DNA from: a virus
IMG/VR virus record: IMGVR_UViG_3300027917_000024
Location: 41,151-105,150 of that record
Reading direction: 5' to 3' (one strand)
Length of the DNA stretch: 64,000 nucleotides
Under the pieces are notes generated by a model, which ran no database searches, was not told where the DNA came from, and saw nothing but the letters and a program-made list of their open reading frames with translations. Shown here piece by piece: positions 27,901 through 39,100 of the stretch (its first letter is position 1; each line of letters begins with the position of its first letter). The position numbers and the translations under genes were made by a program.

Positions 27901-30900
27901 TTCGCTCATCTTGCCAGTACTCATCCCAGTTATCGATTACAACTTGTATTTGACTTCCATTGGCAAGAGATGCGACGCTCCAGTTTACTTCGATCTGATC
28001 TGCTAAATATTCGGCTGTCTCTTTGATAACTTGAACATCATTGCAGTAAAGCCCCGTACCAACATCTCCTACGTCTGACCATAGTTTTAGAGATACGTCT
28101 ATTTCCTTTTCTGGAACAATACCCATAATATCTGTAGTATAATACCCACCCAGTACTTTTGTATCATCTACGGGTTCGTTATATTCTCTTGTAAGAAGCC
28201 CATCCGCTCTAAAGATTTTAAATTCATAATGGGAGAGGCGATTTACCTGAGCAGAGGCAGGATCGGGATGTTGCCATTTTGCATGGGCTACAGTAGAGAG
28301 CCCACTGTCCCATATTCCACCTATATTTGTATAAGCTAACTCTGCCCAAATATTTATGGTACACATCTGACCGACCTGAGGAACACCGTCTGCTGCCTCA
28401 TACCCATAATTTGCAAGTTCTGCTGGGCTTGGAATGCCTACTCGAATACACCATCTTGACAACGCAGTACTGTAATAAATAGCTGTTACGTCATTGTTGG
28501 AGTTAAGGCTGCTTCCTGTCACATAGCAGTATCCATCTAGATCTTCATCTGTATTATAATAGAAAAGGTCATTGTGATAGTTCATTGCAAGATAGGCGGC
28601 TTCAGGATCTCCAGGGTCTTCTACTTTCTCGAACCCAAAATCATTCTCCAAATCAGCTGTCACCCGTACTTCATAATATCCAGCTTGTACATCGACTGAA
28701 TCAATGGTCATACTGCCAGTCATACCTTGCGGGACTGGTGGTGGATAGGGTACTTGTGTGACGCCTTGTACTGTGACCGAGATTGTTGTACTCTTGTATG
28801 AGCTCCGAGGCGTTCCTACTCCAAAACAATCATAAGGAATAATATAAACAATATAAGTACCTGCCGTCAGACCTGTAATTTTATACTTTGCTTCTGTTTC
28901 TCCTTCAGTAAATGGAACATCAATACTTGTCATGTCCCCTATACTTTCTCCATACCATATCTCAAAACCTAGAATATCGGTGGAAAATAATACGGGGTCA
29001 TTTACATATTGCGACCAATCTACAAGTATACTTCCTGATGTGGGACTTGTGATGGTAGGTATATATCCACTCATAGAAGGAGCGAGATTTTCTAATGGAA
29101 GCTCCGATGGTTCACATGAGATATTTCCGTCAGCGTCTACTTGATAAACCCTGAACAACAGATCTCTTTGGCCCTTCCCTACTCTAGCAAAGACATTATA
29201 CTGATCTTCCTTATTCATATCATGGGTGTATTCAAATTCTGTATCTTTTGTACCAACCTCCCTTATAAATTGTGGCATGTCTCCTGCGTTATCAAAGATC
29301 CAAACCTGATAGCCTGTGATATTGTAGCTCTCACTTACTCCCGCTCGTTCTACTCCAGCTTCAACTTCAATTCCTTGCCCTGCTCCTTCGAATGTTGCTG
29401 ATTGTGTCCAAGATACGCATACATCACATCCAACAAAATTGAGGACCCCATCTCCTTGCCCACAGATAGAAAGGTGACTAGGAGAAGGAATACACTCTTC
29501 AATACCCATTTTGAATTCAATGGTAGGTGGATTGAGTCCTTTAGTACCTGTAGTTGCAACACTCTCTGCCCTAATGTAATAAGTTTGCATAGGGCTCAAT
29601 GACCTAATTATAAATCCCTTCCCTTTAGAATAATCGTTTCCTTGATGTGTGAAATTCCTTTGATCCGTACTAAGATAAACTTCGACATGGTTGATTTGCA
29701 GATATGTACCTGATCTTTTTTGTATAATGAAATCGTCAGTAGCGGGAGCACCAATAAATGTTTCCCTTTCTACGTAAGTAAATGTGTTCTCTGCTTTATT
29801 CAAAACATTTATTATCAACTGCCCTTTATAATTCCCTGTCGTACCATCATAGACAAATATATTTCTAGTACTTACCAATTGAGAATCACTAGCTTCTACG
29901 TAAACAATAGTGTCCCCCCCTGAGACCGACAGAATTTTAGACGAAAACAGAGGAGTTTCACTAGTAGGTACGGTATATGTTATGGTTGCGTCATATGTCC
30001 CGAAGATTTGAGTCGCCGCCAGGTCTGTAACATCAGCTGGAGCGTGAATTGTATCAACAGGTTTTATTGGAGGAAGTTGCGGTGTAATTCTGACACTATA
30101 GTCTGCATAAATATCTTCGTCGTAAGGCTCACATTGCACGACGATGTCTTCTTTATTAACATCTCTAGCTATTCTTATAATTCTGCGCTTCTTGATATAT
30201 GTCTCAGCAGCTACTCCTGTAACTGTAAGCATCCAAGTATCATGAACTGCATAATTAGGAGAAATTGTTTCTGCAATCGTAATCTCATCAACCTCGTCAG
30301 AAGCACCAGCAGTAAATTGATATTCATCAGGATCACTAGGAAGTCCTGCATCTGCTCCCGTTCTCCTTGCAATTTTGAATATGTACGTTTGACCAGATGT
30401 AAGAGGAACTGTTGTATCAAGATAAAAGGTTGTACTTCCTCCACCCGTAGATGATTCTAACCTGAAAAACCCGCCATAAACGTATGTAACTGTAGAATGT
30501 TGGATACCTACAACATCACCAGGAACAGATGCTAAAGCTGCCATTGTAGATTTAAATTCAATTACTTTATTGGAAACTGATGCATAATTTAACAGATAAC
30601 TTGCTGCTCGTAGTGCTTGACTTTGTTTTGATACACCAACTAGACTAACAGACTGCTTCTTGATCTGTCCTAGATGATGTTCTGCATCTTTTAAGCTAAC
30701 CTGTAAATTTTTCTGTTTTCCTCTTTCGCCGTAGCCTTGATCATAATAACTAACTTCTAGGGTATTTGGAATTTTGGAATCAGGAAGATAAGTTTCTTTG
30801 TATGTATTAGGTATTATATCTGCATCAGTAAAAATCTGCGTCATGTTTTCAGGTTTCATTACCTTAAGGCGTAATTTACTTCCAATCCAATACAACCTAC

Positions 30901-33241
30901 CACGCATCAACGCAACTAACTGATTAAGTATCTGAGAAGCATCAGTAGTAGTATCTATAACAATATCTGCTTGGAATCTTCGTTCCTGTGAAATACTGTG
31001 AACGTCCGTACCTATTAACTCCCAGCATATTTCCGCAGCTTCAATAAAGTCAGACCAAACCAAATCGGATTCTTCTATATTGGGGTAAAGGTCTTGAGTA
31101 GTAAGAAGATCATAAATAATAAAAGGAATACAATTTGTATACTCAAGGAGCGTATTAGTTGTATCAATGGTTAGTGCTGCGTCTCCTACTTGATATTTCC
31201 AATCGTATGATTCCGTACCTCCATTCCATTCGGTGTATGAAGATTGGAACGGGACAATATTACCGGAAGTGTCACGTAAGATAGGTACCTTTACATATCT
31301 TCCTTTAACTGGAATGTTAAAATTAGGTATGCTACCAGATAACTTCTCCGAAGGAAGGATACGTAATGCTATTGTTGATGTGTTAGGATGGAGAGTTCTA
31401 GAGAAAGAAAATTCTTGGATGCGTATGACTTTAGATTCTGACCACCCATCCCTAATACTAGTTATTACTTTATTCTTTCTAATTACTTGTATTCGATACT
31501 TTGCAGGAACTAGTGTTTCCCCCCCAAAACCGGCAGAAACAGTAATTTTAAATTCGCCAACTGTAGATTGTCTGACTCTCAAAAATGGGTCATCTCTATT
31601 CTTCTCTTTATCTGTCTCACCATGTATATACTCCCACCTACTCGTGTCAGGAGTATCCCCATCAAAGGGACAATAACGAATCCAGAAATCAGCATTTCTA
31701 CCTCCCTGATTTCCCTCGTCTACCTGATATAGTCCTCCAGGGAATTGAAGAATAATATTAAACCCTTCAACAGATGGACTTACAGTGTCAAACTCAAATT
31801 CGTTTTCTAATGGCTCTATACTAGATTTAGTTTCAGTCCGATCCAGCATAAAATCAAACTCACTTATATGTATGAGCTTGGTACCAAATAAATCAATGAC
31901 ACCAGATCCACCAGGAGTTTCAAGGAGGGGTACATTATAACCATGCGTAGCTTGAACATGGACAGTTTTAGCTAATCCCCGGTCGAACTCTACTTGCCCA
32001 TCGTACACTGTTGTATCAAACGCATCTAATCTAAGGTCATCAATGTAAACACTCTCAAGCTCAATGTCATTTATAATCCCGTCAGATAGTCCTAGTACAA
32101 CTTGTAATGCTTCTTCTTCCTGATACATCTCACTTTCATTGATAATTGCAGTTATTGGACCTTTTCCAAGAAATTGTAGATCAACGAGGTTAGGCCTACA
32201 CCATTTCTCGGCATGAAAACCGCCGTACTCTCCTTCGGAGTAATAGACACGCATCCCGCAGTAGAATTCATAATAAATCTTGCCAGCGTCGTTAGTCAAA
32301 TCACATGCTACTTCACAATAACTGTACTTACTATAGACCATATCAAAGTCATCTCCCTCTGGACCTCTACCAAAATAAGTAGTGTCTTGATGTGCCCATT
32401 CAGGTAGTGGGTCTACAGGGTTACCGGCAGTATTTACAGTTCTTGCGTAAACGTAACTACTTATCTGCCACGATCTACCAGGCCAGCTATCTAGATTAGC
32501 TTTGCGGTCAAAATAGAATCTAATCCTCTCATATCTATACTCAGGACGTAAACTAAATGTGATTCCAGGTGGGTTACCGACACTAGGCGCAGAATTCTCA
32601 CAAGTATCCCAATCATATCCAGTAGGAATACCAAAATCCGAGAGGTGTGGGAAAGACCACCAATCTTCCTCACCATAGGCAATCCCAAGTCCAACAATTT
32701 GAGCGCTTAAAATGTCTCCAGCCGTCCATGCCTTGCCATATATAAGAGGAATCGGTCTGCCAATAGCGTATGTAGTCTGCGGCCCGTCCCAAGTATACGT
32801 TTCAGATTTTTCTATGTCTCCACCAGACACAAAAGGATCTGTAGTAGGCATTAGCATATAGGATAAATAACCTATACCTGCCATGATAATAATATTGGCA
32901 GCAGCTGCTAACGTAAAACCAACAATTTTACCAAGGAGCATTGACCCTAAAATTCCTGCTGGAAAAGCGATGGCGGGGATTTTTGGAAAGAATACTAAAT
33001 TAATCTCATCTCCATTATCGACTATAGTATCACGGAAGTTTTCATTTGGAATTAGGTGGAGATTCAGCATTACCCTAAGATTACTATGGCGAGCTAGTAC
33101 ACCAATATCTACTTGCCTAAGTCGGAGATATTCCAACATATCATTAATGTATTGATCAAGAGTTTTATCTCTCACATATCCTGATTGTAGACAGGCAAAA
33201 TTTTCTTCGAAGGCATTTATTTTGGCAGTAATTTTAATCAT
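24905..33241 (-). CDS. tail tip/central fibre protein (lambda gpI+gpJ-like fusion, host specificity)
   Basis: N-terminal ubiquitin-like segment plus hydrophobic helix, GRPIPLIYG, LGLSDG.I, FPGGLY, VKGRYVKVP, FN3-like domains, IADAAITTAKIGDA repeat. Confidence 0.88.
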   Translation of the reverse strand: MIKITAKINAFEENFACLQSGYVRDKTLDQYINDMLEYLRLRQVDIGVLARHSNLRVMLNLHLIPNENFRDTIVDNGDEINLVFFPKIPAIAFPAGILGSMLLGKIVGFTLAAAANIIIMAGIGYLSYMLMPTTDPFVSGGDIEKSETYTWDGPQTTYAIGRPIPLIYGKAWTAGDILSAQIVGLGIAYGEEDWWSFPHLSDFGIPTGYDWDTCENSAPSVGNPPGITFSLRPEYRYERIRFYFDRKANLDSWPGRSWQISSYVYARTVNTAGNPVDPLPEWAHQDTTYFGRGPEGDDFDMVYSKYSYCEVACDLTNDAGKIYYEFYCGMRVYYSEGEYGGFHAEKWCRPNLVDLQFLGKGPITAIINESEMYQEEEALQVVLGLSDGIINDIELESVYIDDLRLDAFDTTVYDGQVEFDRGLAKTVHVQATHGYNVPLLETPGGSGVIDLFGTKLIHISEFDFMLDRTETKSSIEPLENEFEFDTVSPSVEGFNIILQFPGGLYQVDEGNQGGRNADFWIRYCPFDGDTPDTSRWEYIHGETDKEKNRDDPFLRVRQSTVGEFKITVSAGFGGETLVPAKYRIQVIRKNKVITSIRDGWSESKVIRIQEFSFSRTLHPNTSTIALRILPSEKLSGSIPNFNIPVKGRYVKVPILRDTSGNIVPFQSSYTEWNGGTESYDWKYQVGDAALTIDTTNTLLEYTNCIPFIIYDLLTTQDLYPNIEESDLVWSDFIEAAEICWELIGTDVHSISQERRFQADIVIDTTTDASQILNQLVALMRGRLYWIGSKLRLKVMKPENMTQIFTDADIIPNTYKETYLPDSKIPNTLEVSYYDQGYGERGKQKNLQVSLKDAEHHLGQIKKQSVSLVGVSKQSQALRAASYLLNYASVSNKVIEFKSTMAALASVPGDVVGIQHSTVTYVYGGFFRLESSTGGGSTTFYLDTTVPLTSGQTYIFKIARRTGADAGLPSDPDEYQFTAGASDEVDEITIAETISPNYAVHDTWMLTVTGVAAETYIKKRRIIRIARDVNKEDIVVQCEPYDEDIYADYSVRITPQLPPIKPVDTIHAPADVTDLAATQIFGTYDATITYTVPTSETPLFSSKILSVSGGDTIVYVEASDSQLVSTRNIFVYDGTTGNYKGQLIINVLNKAENTFTYVERETFIGAPATDDFIIQKRSGTYLQINHVEVYLSTDQRNFTHQGNDYSKGKGFIIRSLSPMQTYYIRAESVATTGTKGLNPPTIEFKMGIEECIPSPSHLSICGQGDGVLNFVGCDVCVSWTQSATFEGAGQGIEVEAGVERAGVSESYNITGYQVWIFDNAGDMPQFIREVGTKDTEFEYTHDMNKEDQYNVFARVGKGQRDLLFRVYQVDADGNISCEPSELPLENLAPSMSGYIPTITSPTSGSILVDWSQYVNDPVLFSTDILGFEIWYGESIGDMTSIDVPFTEGETEAKYKITGLTAGTYIVYIIPYDCFGVGTPRSSYKSTTISVTVQGVTQVPYPPPVPQGMTGSMTIDSVDVQAGYYEVRVTADLENDFGFEKVEDPGDPEAAYLAMNYHNDLFYYNTDEDLDGYCYVTGSSLNSNNDVTAIYYSTALSRWCIRVGIPSPAELANYGYEAADGVPQVGQMCTINIWAELAYTNIGGIWDSGLSTVAHAKWQHPDPASAQVNRLSHYEFKIFRADGLLTREYNEPVDDTKVLGGYYTTDIMGIVPEKEIDVSLKLWSDVGDVGTGLYCNDVQVIKETAEYLADQIEVNWSVASLANGSQIQVVIDNWDEYWQDERIKSYEVYACLRQWNFTTSTWEANPVTEFMALKTSGDSNVKSYGEFERTVDGHLRLVNVDDLGDSYFFLGSTEGPIFHWTNAGVSNEGGICTHFSVVTHPSGTTYDSCAMGCHASPNNDINTGNCPYGPADPTLSCCYVNSYYTPDAAADSDRTKEGINYNRYFVTLAVRTTQGRRLWYVDELGNLIWKAADFELIDRMHIADAAITTAKIGDAMINNAKVKHLSAEKVWIGDYAGAYPWQPFKDHCVWDCGSYCKYHGWTEDEEPPIGYYKTGNCPIGVATAPGGCAYTISEFAISRIFAIYGQDPSHNKEYTYINGGMILTNSIRARSIQIGALPYTVDLQVTRLFDDSIEPDEYVRIKWHKSGEYQGVHDGVDPMINGRIEFANDSGFYITAGEYLFTEAANEVPDGTTVKRSIHVGYVEYINAGSHESVLFEQYDLTETVADFNYDGTFSDLRRRGNIPLFSVTIVRNMHTGGGEQAIDGRNLVDPLDIIQSDVGQFKVEIRMVAASPGTYIKNNDITTGVIHNPYWTSYFDMRLYTGYNASDNYKGHSRIVIDGPSSVYERSMMEAHGDNFGREWWEYTTTWPSLYGADTKFLIGRPWIEGLESQLPDIPTDPLIKSARLEGEELADQGYLWFFRAYDKTLDEWIGHLEVGGKLRVKDIQNFREVLVGQAYTQEEDPPYAWVREDSPGIHVYDTEGLYQVTEDSPELLAQIGGETPITVIETSNSAHYFNTDSADRNFTVTIDHDGQVPVDSWTDWGYASLLVVPMKDTAKDHSAGILIRSPCDVTAVWPDTPSYGMVIKGNFYRGLVIQVEQESVSKFMHGMQAGVTNLGSNNILVGVEGWAAAGDHGISVGGNFFASVYTNGAGTIPTATGVMGSAGSDDADNTLKGGVFTASRYQGLGVTATDSTSTTIGVDIWLDTHVMPQEQCAHIHFGDHSGSYNNLPDYSYSGSRPPDSMGKRGDLLASKYRLFYKQHQTDTGTYPNGRWRCIAFGD

Positions 33242-33656
33242 TTTTAGGCCTATATACCCCAGTAATGTAGGATTTTAGAATCTCTAACCTCTGTATAACT
33301 GTTCCACATGCCATAGTATGTATAATTTGTCTTTTCCCTACATACATTCCGATATGATAAGGCATTTTTGCCAGTGCAAAACTCCGCATTGTAACTAAGT
33401 CTCCATATTGAATATCCTCTAGTGCCACTTTATTTACCCATTTATACATATCATATGCAGCAAAGAGTGCCCTAGCATCATCTTCCGTCTTTAACTCATA
33501 CTCAGGGTCAGGGAGTTGGTAGTCATGAACTTCTTTTGTTAGATCTAAAATCAATCCCCAACAGTCGTATCCTTCGTCTTTTGATCTTCCTCCATCTTTA
33601 TATGGCGTAAGTAAATAGCTTTCTAAATCTTTAATTTTTTTCATTATACAAACCAA
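33234..33656 (-). CDS. NlpC/P60 tail assembly peptidase (gpK-like)
   Basis: PYKDGGRS..GYDCWGL and HIGMYVG...IIH, in the canonical position between gpL and gpJ. Confidence 0.9.
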   Translation of the reverse strand: MVCIMKKIKDLESYLLTPYKDGGRSKDEGYDCWGLILDLTKEVHDYQLPDPEYELKTEDDARALFAAYDMYKWVNKVALEDIQYGDLVTMRSFALAKMPYHIGMYVGKRQIIHTMACGTVIQRLEILKSYITGVYRPKND

Positions 33657-35425
33657 AGTCTTGTTGTTGGAATTCCTGTGAACACCCCAGCATGTTCATA
33701 AGGAATGTATTTAAATAACCCAATTCGGTATATTTTACATGCATATCGTACATTATCGAGCAAAGACGACTCTATTTGTAAATATACATCTGAGGCCACA
33801 TAAGGAGAAGAACCTCCAGACCAATTTGTGTATACCATAGCAGAGTATTCATCTGGTTTGATATGACTTTCAAAATCATCGCTAAAATCCGTTTTGTAGT
33901 CTGAAGTTCTCAATAATATATCGTTGGCTTGGGAAGCTTTAACAGTAGACCAAGTTTGGTTATCAAAATTGTACCATCTATATGAACCGCCATAATTAAA
34001 CCCAACATGTATAGTTATAAGGCCAGTAGATGGACTGCCAGATATAGTGTATCCGTAATATTGCATATAAAACTGATACGTTTGGCTTCTTTCAGGGGAG
34101 TCATGTGAATAAGTATAATTACCTGCTTGTACTAAGCTTCCTGATTGTAAAGCGGTAGTTTTTTCAAATCTCACCCCTCTTTCAGTCATATCTATAGTCA
34201 TACCACCGCCAGTAGTTTTACTCCATGCTGCTGTATATCCTCTACTAAATCCCCCATCAACAATAAGATTTCCCTTTTCTACCTCAACTCGTGGTGTCGA
34301 ATCCTCCTCGCTTACTAACCACTGTGGGGCTTGCCTTCGTCCTGTATCTGTATGCCCTAAACAGCTTTCCTTATCAATAATAGACAACACAACATAACCA
34401 CCAGAGGCATATTGAGATAAAGTCCTTAACATCGAACCACTAGAGGTTGTAAATTGTGTATCTGTATTTGTTGTAATCTCCCATATATAGTCGTTGCTCA
34501 GTGTATCAAATGTGCCTATGTCTTCGACTATAACTTTACACCCAACTAGTGCATCGGATCCAGGTAAGGTAACATCTGATGGTACCTCGAACACCTCTCC
34601 CCCCAAATGAGAACACTTTTGCCTAGCTATAATTGTTGAACTATATAACTTATTACACGCAGTAATCGGACCAGCATATTTACATTTCGGTCCTTTATAT
34701 ACATAATCACAGGTAGTCTTTGAATAGTGCCGTGCAGGAATTTTCTTATCAGAAAGATTCCCTGTACTTTGCATTTCAAGGACTACCTGTGACTCTGTAA
34801 TTGTTGAACTATTAATAATAAATTTATCTACAATTGTAGCATCTGTGTCTGCGTATATTGTTCCAGAAGTGTCAACAAACACTGTAGTGATATAAACAAC
34901 AGACCCTCTCATCCCGTTATACTTTTCGAATGTTCTATAAAGATCTATTATTTGAGTACCTGGGTTATAAAGATTTAAGGAAACCTGTGGAAAACTTCCT
35001 AGCTCATGATCTTCAAAGGCTCCATGATTTATTGGATAAGGCAAATACTCTTTTGAGTTATACGTAATTCGTGTATAACTTCCAACATATTCTGCTGGCA
35101 TTGATGCTAAATACAACCATTTTGATAGAACGAAATCCCCGTCTTCTGGAGTACCAGACAAATTAGTTAAAGTATCTCCTGCTGCGTGTGCCCCTATGGT
35201 GAATGTATTTCCTAGCTCATCTGTTAATACAGCATCATTTACTCCCACTGCTGTTTGCCATTCATTAGTATCATATGCTTTTTCCGTACAAGTAAATTGA
35301 TTAGCTGCTGGAGAAGTTCCGGCACCTTTATCCATAATTTGGATATCATAAAGTAATACAGGCCAAGATTGGACTGCCAGTAGCTCTTCTAATAGCGTTT
35401 GATTTGTTGTCCGTCTTGTAGGCAT
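33644..35425 (-). CDS. minor tail protein gpL-like (hub) with inserted domains
   Basis: YLPYPI, P.VSLNL, KIPARHYSKTTCDYVYKGPKCKY...C, later CLGH, and C-terminal GVFTGIP. Confidence 0.75.
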   Translation of the reverse strand: MPTRRTTNQTLLEELLAVQSWPVLLYDIQIMDKGAGTSPAANQFTCTEKAYDTNEWQTAVGVNDAVLTDELGNTFTIGAHAAGDTLTNLSGTPEDGDFVLSKWLYLASMPAEYVGSYTRITYNSKEYLPYPINHGAFEDHELGSFPQVSLNLYNPGTQIIDLYRTFEKYNGMRGSVVYITTVFVDTSGTIYADTDATIVDKFIINSSTITESQVVLEMQSTGNLSDKKIPARHYSKTTCDYVYKGPKCKYAGPITACNKLYSSTIIARQKCSHLGGEVFEVPSDVTLPGSDALVGCKVIVEDIGTFDTLSNDYIWEITTNTDTQFTTSSGSMLRTLSQYASGGYVVLSIIDKESCLGHTDTGRRQAPQWLVSEEDSTPRVEVEKGNLIVDGGFSRGYTAAWSKTTGGGMTIDMTERGVRFEKTTALQSGSLVQAGNYTYSHDSPERSQTYQFYMQYYGYTISGSPSTGLITIHVGFNYGGSYRWYNFDNQTWSTVKASQANDILLRTSDYKTDFSDDFESHIKPDEYSAMVYTNWSGGSSPYVASDVYLQIESSLLDNVRYACKIYRIGLFKYIPYEHAGVFTGIPTTRLWFV

Positions 35426-35428
35426 CCT

Positions 35429-36121
35429 TTACTCCTGGTTCACTCCTAATTGTAAAAATGGTATGTCAATACTATAAGTTGCTCCTATTATATATTGATT
35501 GCCGTAACCTGGAAAATAAGGACGAGTTTTTTCTATACAGGAATCTCCCATATTTGGAGAAAGGGAATCAGTCTCGAAAATAACAGGTACTAATACATAG
35601 ATATAACTAGCTGGGATATCTAAATGAGTTCGTCCACTTTGATTTTTGGTTGCTGAAATAGTTGTACTGGCAATGCTATCGATGGTTACTATGTTTTTGT
35701 CTGCTGTTCCTTTTTGGACATCAAATCTAGGATTATAAAGAAGTAGTGTATTACCTACATACCCAGCACTATCTGTCAGGCCTGTTACTGTATTTAGAGT
35801 ATAATCGCAAGTGGTTGCTAGTACATTTGCTACGCTTATAATATTGTACTGTTTTGACCAATCTACTATATAAAAATCCTCATACTGCCCCTTTTTCCGA
35901 TTGAAGAAAGCTAGTATTAAATCATATTCCCAGGTCATTATTCCCTTATATTGGTATTGAAATCTTGCATGAGCTTTTCCAAATCTGCGCCTGTAAACAA
36001 TTCGAGCCTCTGATTCACCTACAATACCTGGATATGTAGGATACTTTACGCATTTATCAGGCTCTAGAATCCTAAATGTTTCACTGGGGCACGGGAATAT
36101 ATCATTGATTGTAAGCGCCAT
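35429..36121 (-). CDS. distal tail protein (Dit/gpM-like)
   Basis: Follows the tape measure. ILAFFNRKKGQYEDFYIVDW and VPVIFETDSL motifs. Confidence 0.7.
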   Translation of the reverse strand: MALTINDIFPCPSETFRILEPDKCVKYPTYPGIVGESEARIVYRRRFGKAHARFQYQYKGIMTWEYDLILAFFNRKKGQYEDFYIVDWSKQYNIISVANVLATTCDYTLNTVTGLTDSAGYVGNTLLLYNPRFDVQKGTADKNIVTIDSIASTTISATKNQSGRTHLDIPASYIYVLVPVIFETDSLSPNMGDSCIEKTRPYFPGYGNQYIIGATYSIDIPFLQLGVNQE

Positions 36122-36124
36122 TTT

Positions 36125-39100
36125 TTACCTCTTTATAGACCTGATAATCTGGTAAATCGGTCCACGAGATGCGATATCCTCATTGATTACATTTATTATG
36201 GCCTCTGGATGTTGTAGCATAATAGAAGGTATCATCTTTGGATCCATTAGATTAATAACCTTTATGTCCTGTGTTCGTCCTCCTTCTCCAGTAAATGTAA
36301 CGGGTATGCTTCTGTTATCAGGAAGTGGAACAACAGCTTCAGACTGTCCACCTTCTCCAATGACACCAAGAGTAGGTCCACCAGCAATTCCCCCTGACTG
36401 GAAGAATGTGGCTTTTAATGTTTGCAAGAGTGTTGTCTGCTCCTTCGTAAAAGGTCTAATACCACCTTCAATAATTCCACCTTTGGCAACCCGAACTGGC
36501 TCAAGTTGTAGCCATCGAGTTCCTATTGGACCGCCCTTAGCAGGTTGTTTACCAAATAGTCCTCCTAGACTACTTAGGATATTTACTATGATTAGCCGTG
36601 CAATAATATCTGCAAGAGCATCCAATAGAGTCTGAGCAAATTTCTTAAACGCTTCTCCTACCCGCCTTGATGTACTCTCTAGTTTGTCTAATTCGCCCCG
36701 TGCTTTTGCTATCTCCTTTTGAACCTCTTTCCACTGCTGTGTAAGTTCTAAGTGCTCTGCGGCCTCTTCTGGCAGTACAAGTCCAACTTCAATTAGATCC
36801 ATCTCCCTTTTAATCCTAGCTGCTTCTTCTTCTAGCTCTCTCAACTCTCCTGACATATTTTCAATTTCTTGCTTCGGTGGTCTAAAGATTGCATTCCAGG
36901 TATCTACAATTGCTGTGTTGAGTCCTTCCAGTACTGTATTAGCCAGTCCTTTCCATACCTCGAAGAAATCTGTTGCTTGTCGCTGAAAATCCCACAGAGC
37001 ATCGACCATTCCTAGTAGTGCTCTGTCCCACGCACTCCCCGTATATTTTGCTAGTTCGGCTAAAGACTGCCCTGATCTAAGAGCCATATCAATAGCTTGT
37101 GCCCAATTTTGATAGTTAATTCTTTGATTTAGAGCAGCCTCATCCGCAGCCTGTATCAGTATACCCTGGTCTTTTAGTGCATTCAGTACATCTTTTCGTG
37201 CTTTTCCCTCACCTATGATTTGATTAATTATTTTATCTTGCTTTATTAGCTGTTCGTCAAGAGCTTCTGCCTCGCCTTCTTTGTATGTTACTGATTTATC
37301 TTCAAGTTTAGCTTTTCGTTCGACTAATAATTCGTATTCTCTTGCCGCCGCAACTAATTCATCGTACTTATCTTTTTCTTTTATGCGATCAATTATTCCT
37401 TTCTTCCCATCCTCAACAGCCTTTTTTGTCTTTTCTACCTTCTCTCTAAGAGGTACCATTTCCGCTTCTGCTTCTAGTCGTACCTGCCTTTGAAGTTCTA
37501 TCATATCTTTCAATCTTTCCTTCTGGTCTTCGGCTTTTCCTACGAGCTGATCTTGCCACTGGAATATATTACTTACTTCAACTCCTGCTGCTTTAAGAGC
37601 TGGAATATCAATATCCATTCGAAGTACCGGTGCAGTCGCTTCAATTTCTTGCAGAGAAGTTTCTAACATTTCTCGTATTGCGTCCCTGGCTTGAGTCTTT
37701 GTGCGCTCAATAGTTTCAAGATAGCTTTTCCGCATAAGATCTTCAAATATTATTCGGTAGGTTGCGTATTTTGCCCTAACGTCTCCGGTTCCTTCCCTCA
37801 ATGCCTTATCTAGTTTTTCTACAAATTCTTCTTTGACATTATAGCTAAACTCGTTAATTGATTCGAGTATGTCACTTTCCCATTCTTTAATAGAACCAAG
37901 ATCAACATCACCTACTAAAAACTGAGCTTCGACTTTAACTTTGGCACGTTCTAGTTGCTCCTGTGCTATTTGCTGTACCCTTTGGATACTCTTGATGGCA
38001 AAATCTGCAAGTTCCCGTGGTTCTATTAACAAGAGTTCAGCATGTTTTCCTGCGAGATCCCTTATTGTTGCTTCATATTGAACTTTTAGTTGTTCAGTAT
38101 AATTCTGAAACTGCCGAAGGGAAGCTGTATTTCTAAGCTTGGCCCCCTTGTCTATCTCTGCTAGAGCCTGTTGAAGTTCCGTTTCTTCCTCCTTTAGTAC
38201 ATCTACATTTCCCTGTATAGCCGCTTTCTGAAGTTCATACCTCTTCTCAAAATACTTTTGAGCCCAAGGAACTCCCTTCGCTCCTGCTATTTTCTCATCA
38301 ATCTCCTTCATTTTATTTGCGTAGTTTTCCTTCTCGGCTAGAATTTGTGTCTGTCTCGCTTTCATATTAGCAATTGCCTCTTCTTCAGCTTTTGTATAAG
38401 GAGGTTCGTATGATTCAATTCTTTTAATTGCCTCGTTTGTTTCGGTAATCTGTTTAACTAGGCCACTTTTTAAACGCTTGTAATTTTCTATCGTTTCCTG
38501 TATACGGTTTCTTTGATCTACATTGAATTTTTCTTGTATTTTAAGGCGCTCCTGCATCAGATTTAGGTATTGTTGTGGAGACATTACTGAGTCAAATGTA
38601 GCCACAAATTTATCTAATTCTTCTAATTCTCTTTTTCTTAGAGCTGCCATATCATTATAGAATTGTTCACTAGCTTCTAATCTTGCATGATTATTCTCAG
38701 TTTCTTTCTGGAATAGGATTTGATCTTCTTGAAGTTTTGCAGTTTGATATTGAACATTACTATCTAAATCCTCGCCTCTAATTTTGTCCATAATAATTCC
38801 AAGTTGCTGATTGTCATGATATCGATTGAGCTGTAAGTCGTATAGCTTATCCTGTGTTGATTTCATTGTAGTGAATGTTTTCTGTTCTATGGTTGCTATA
38901 GTCTTATCAAAATTAAAGCCTAATTTTTCATAATCTTTAAATAAAGTTTGAAACCAAAGTAGTGCGACCTCATGTGTCCATCCATAGTGTCTTCGAAGTT
39001 CTTCAATAATTTCATTTAAAAACTTTGCCTGATCACTGTCTATATTCTTTATGAGTTTTTTAAAGGCTTCTACCAGAAGTCTTTCATCCTCCGCTAGAAA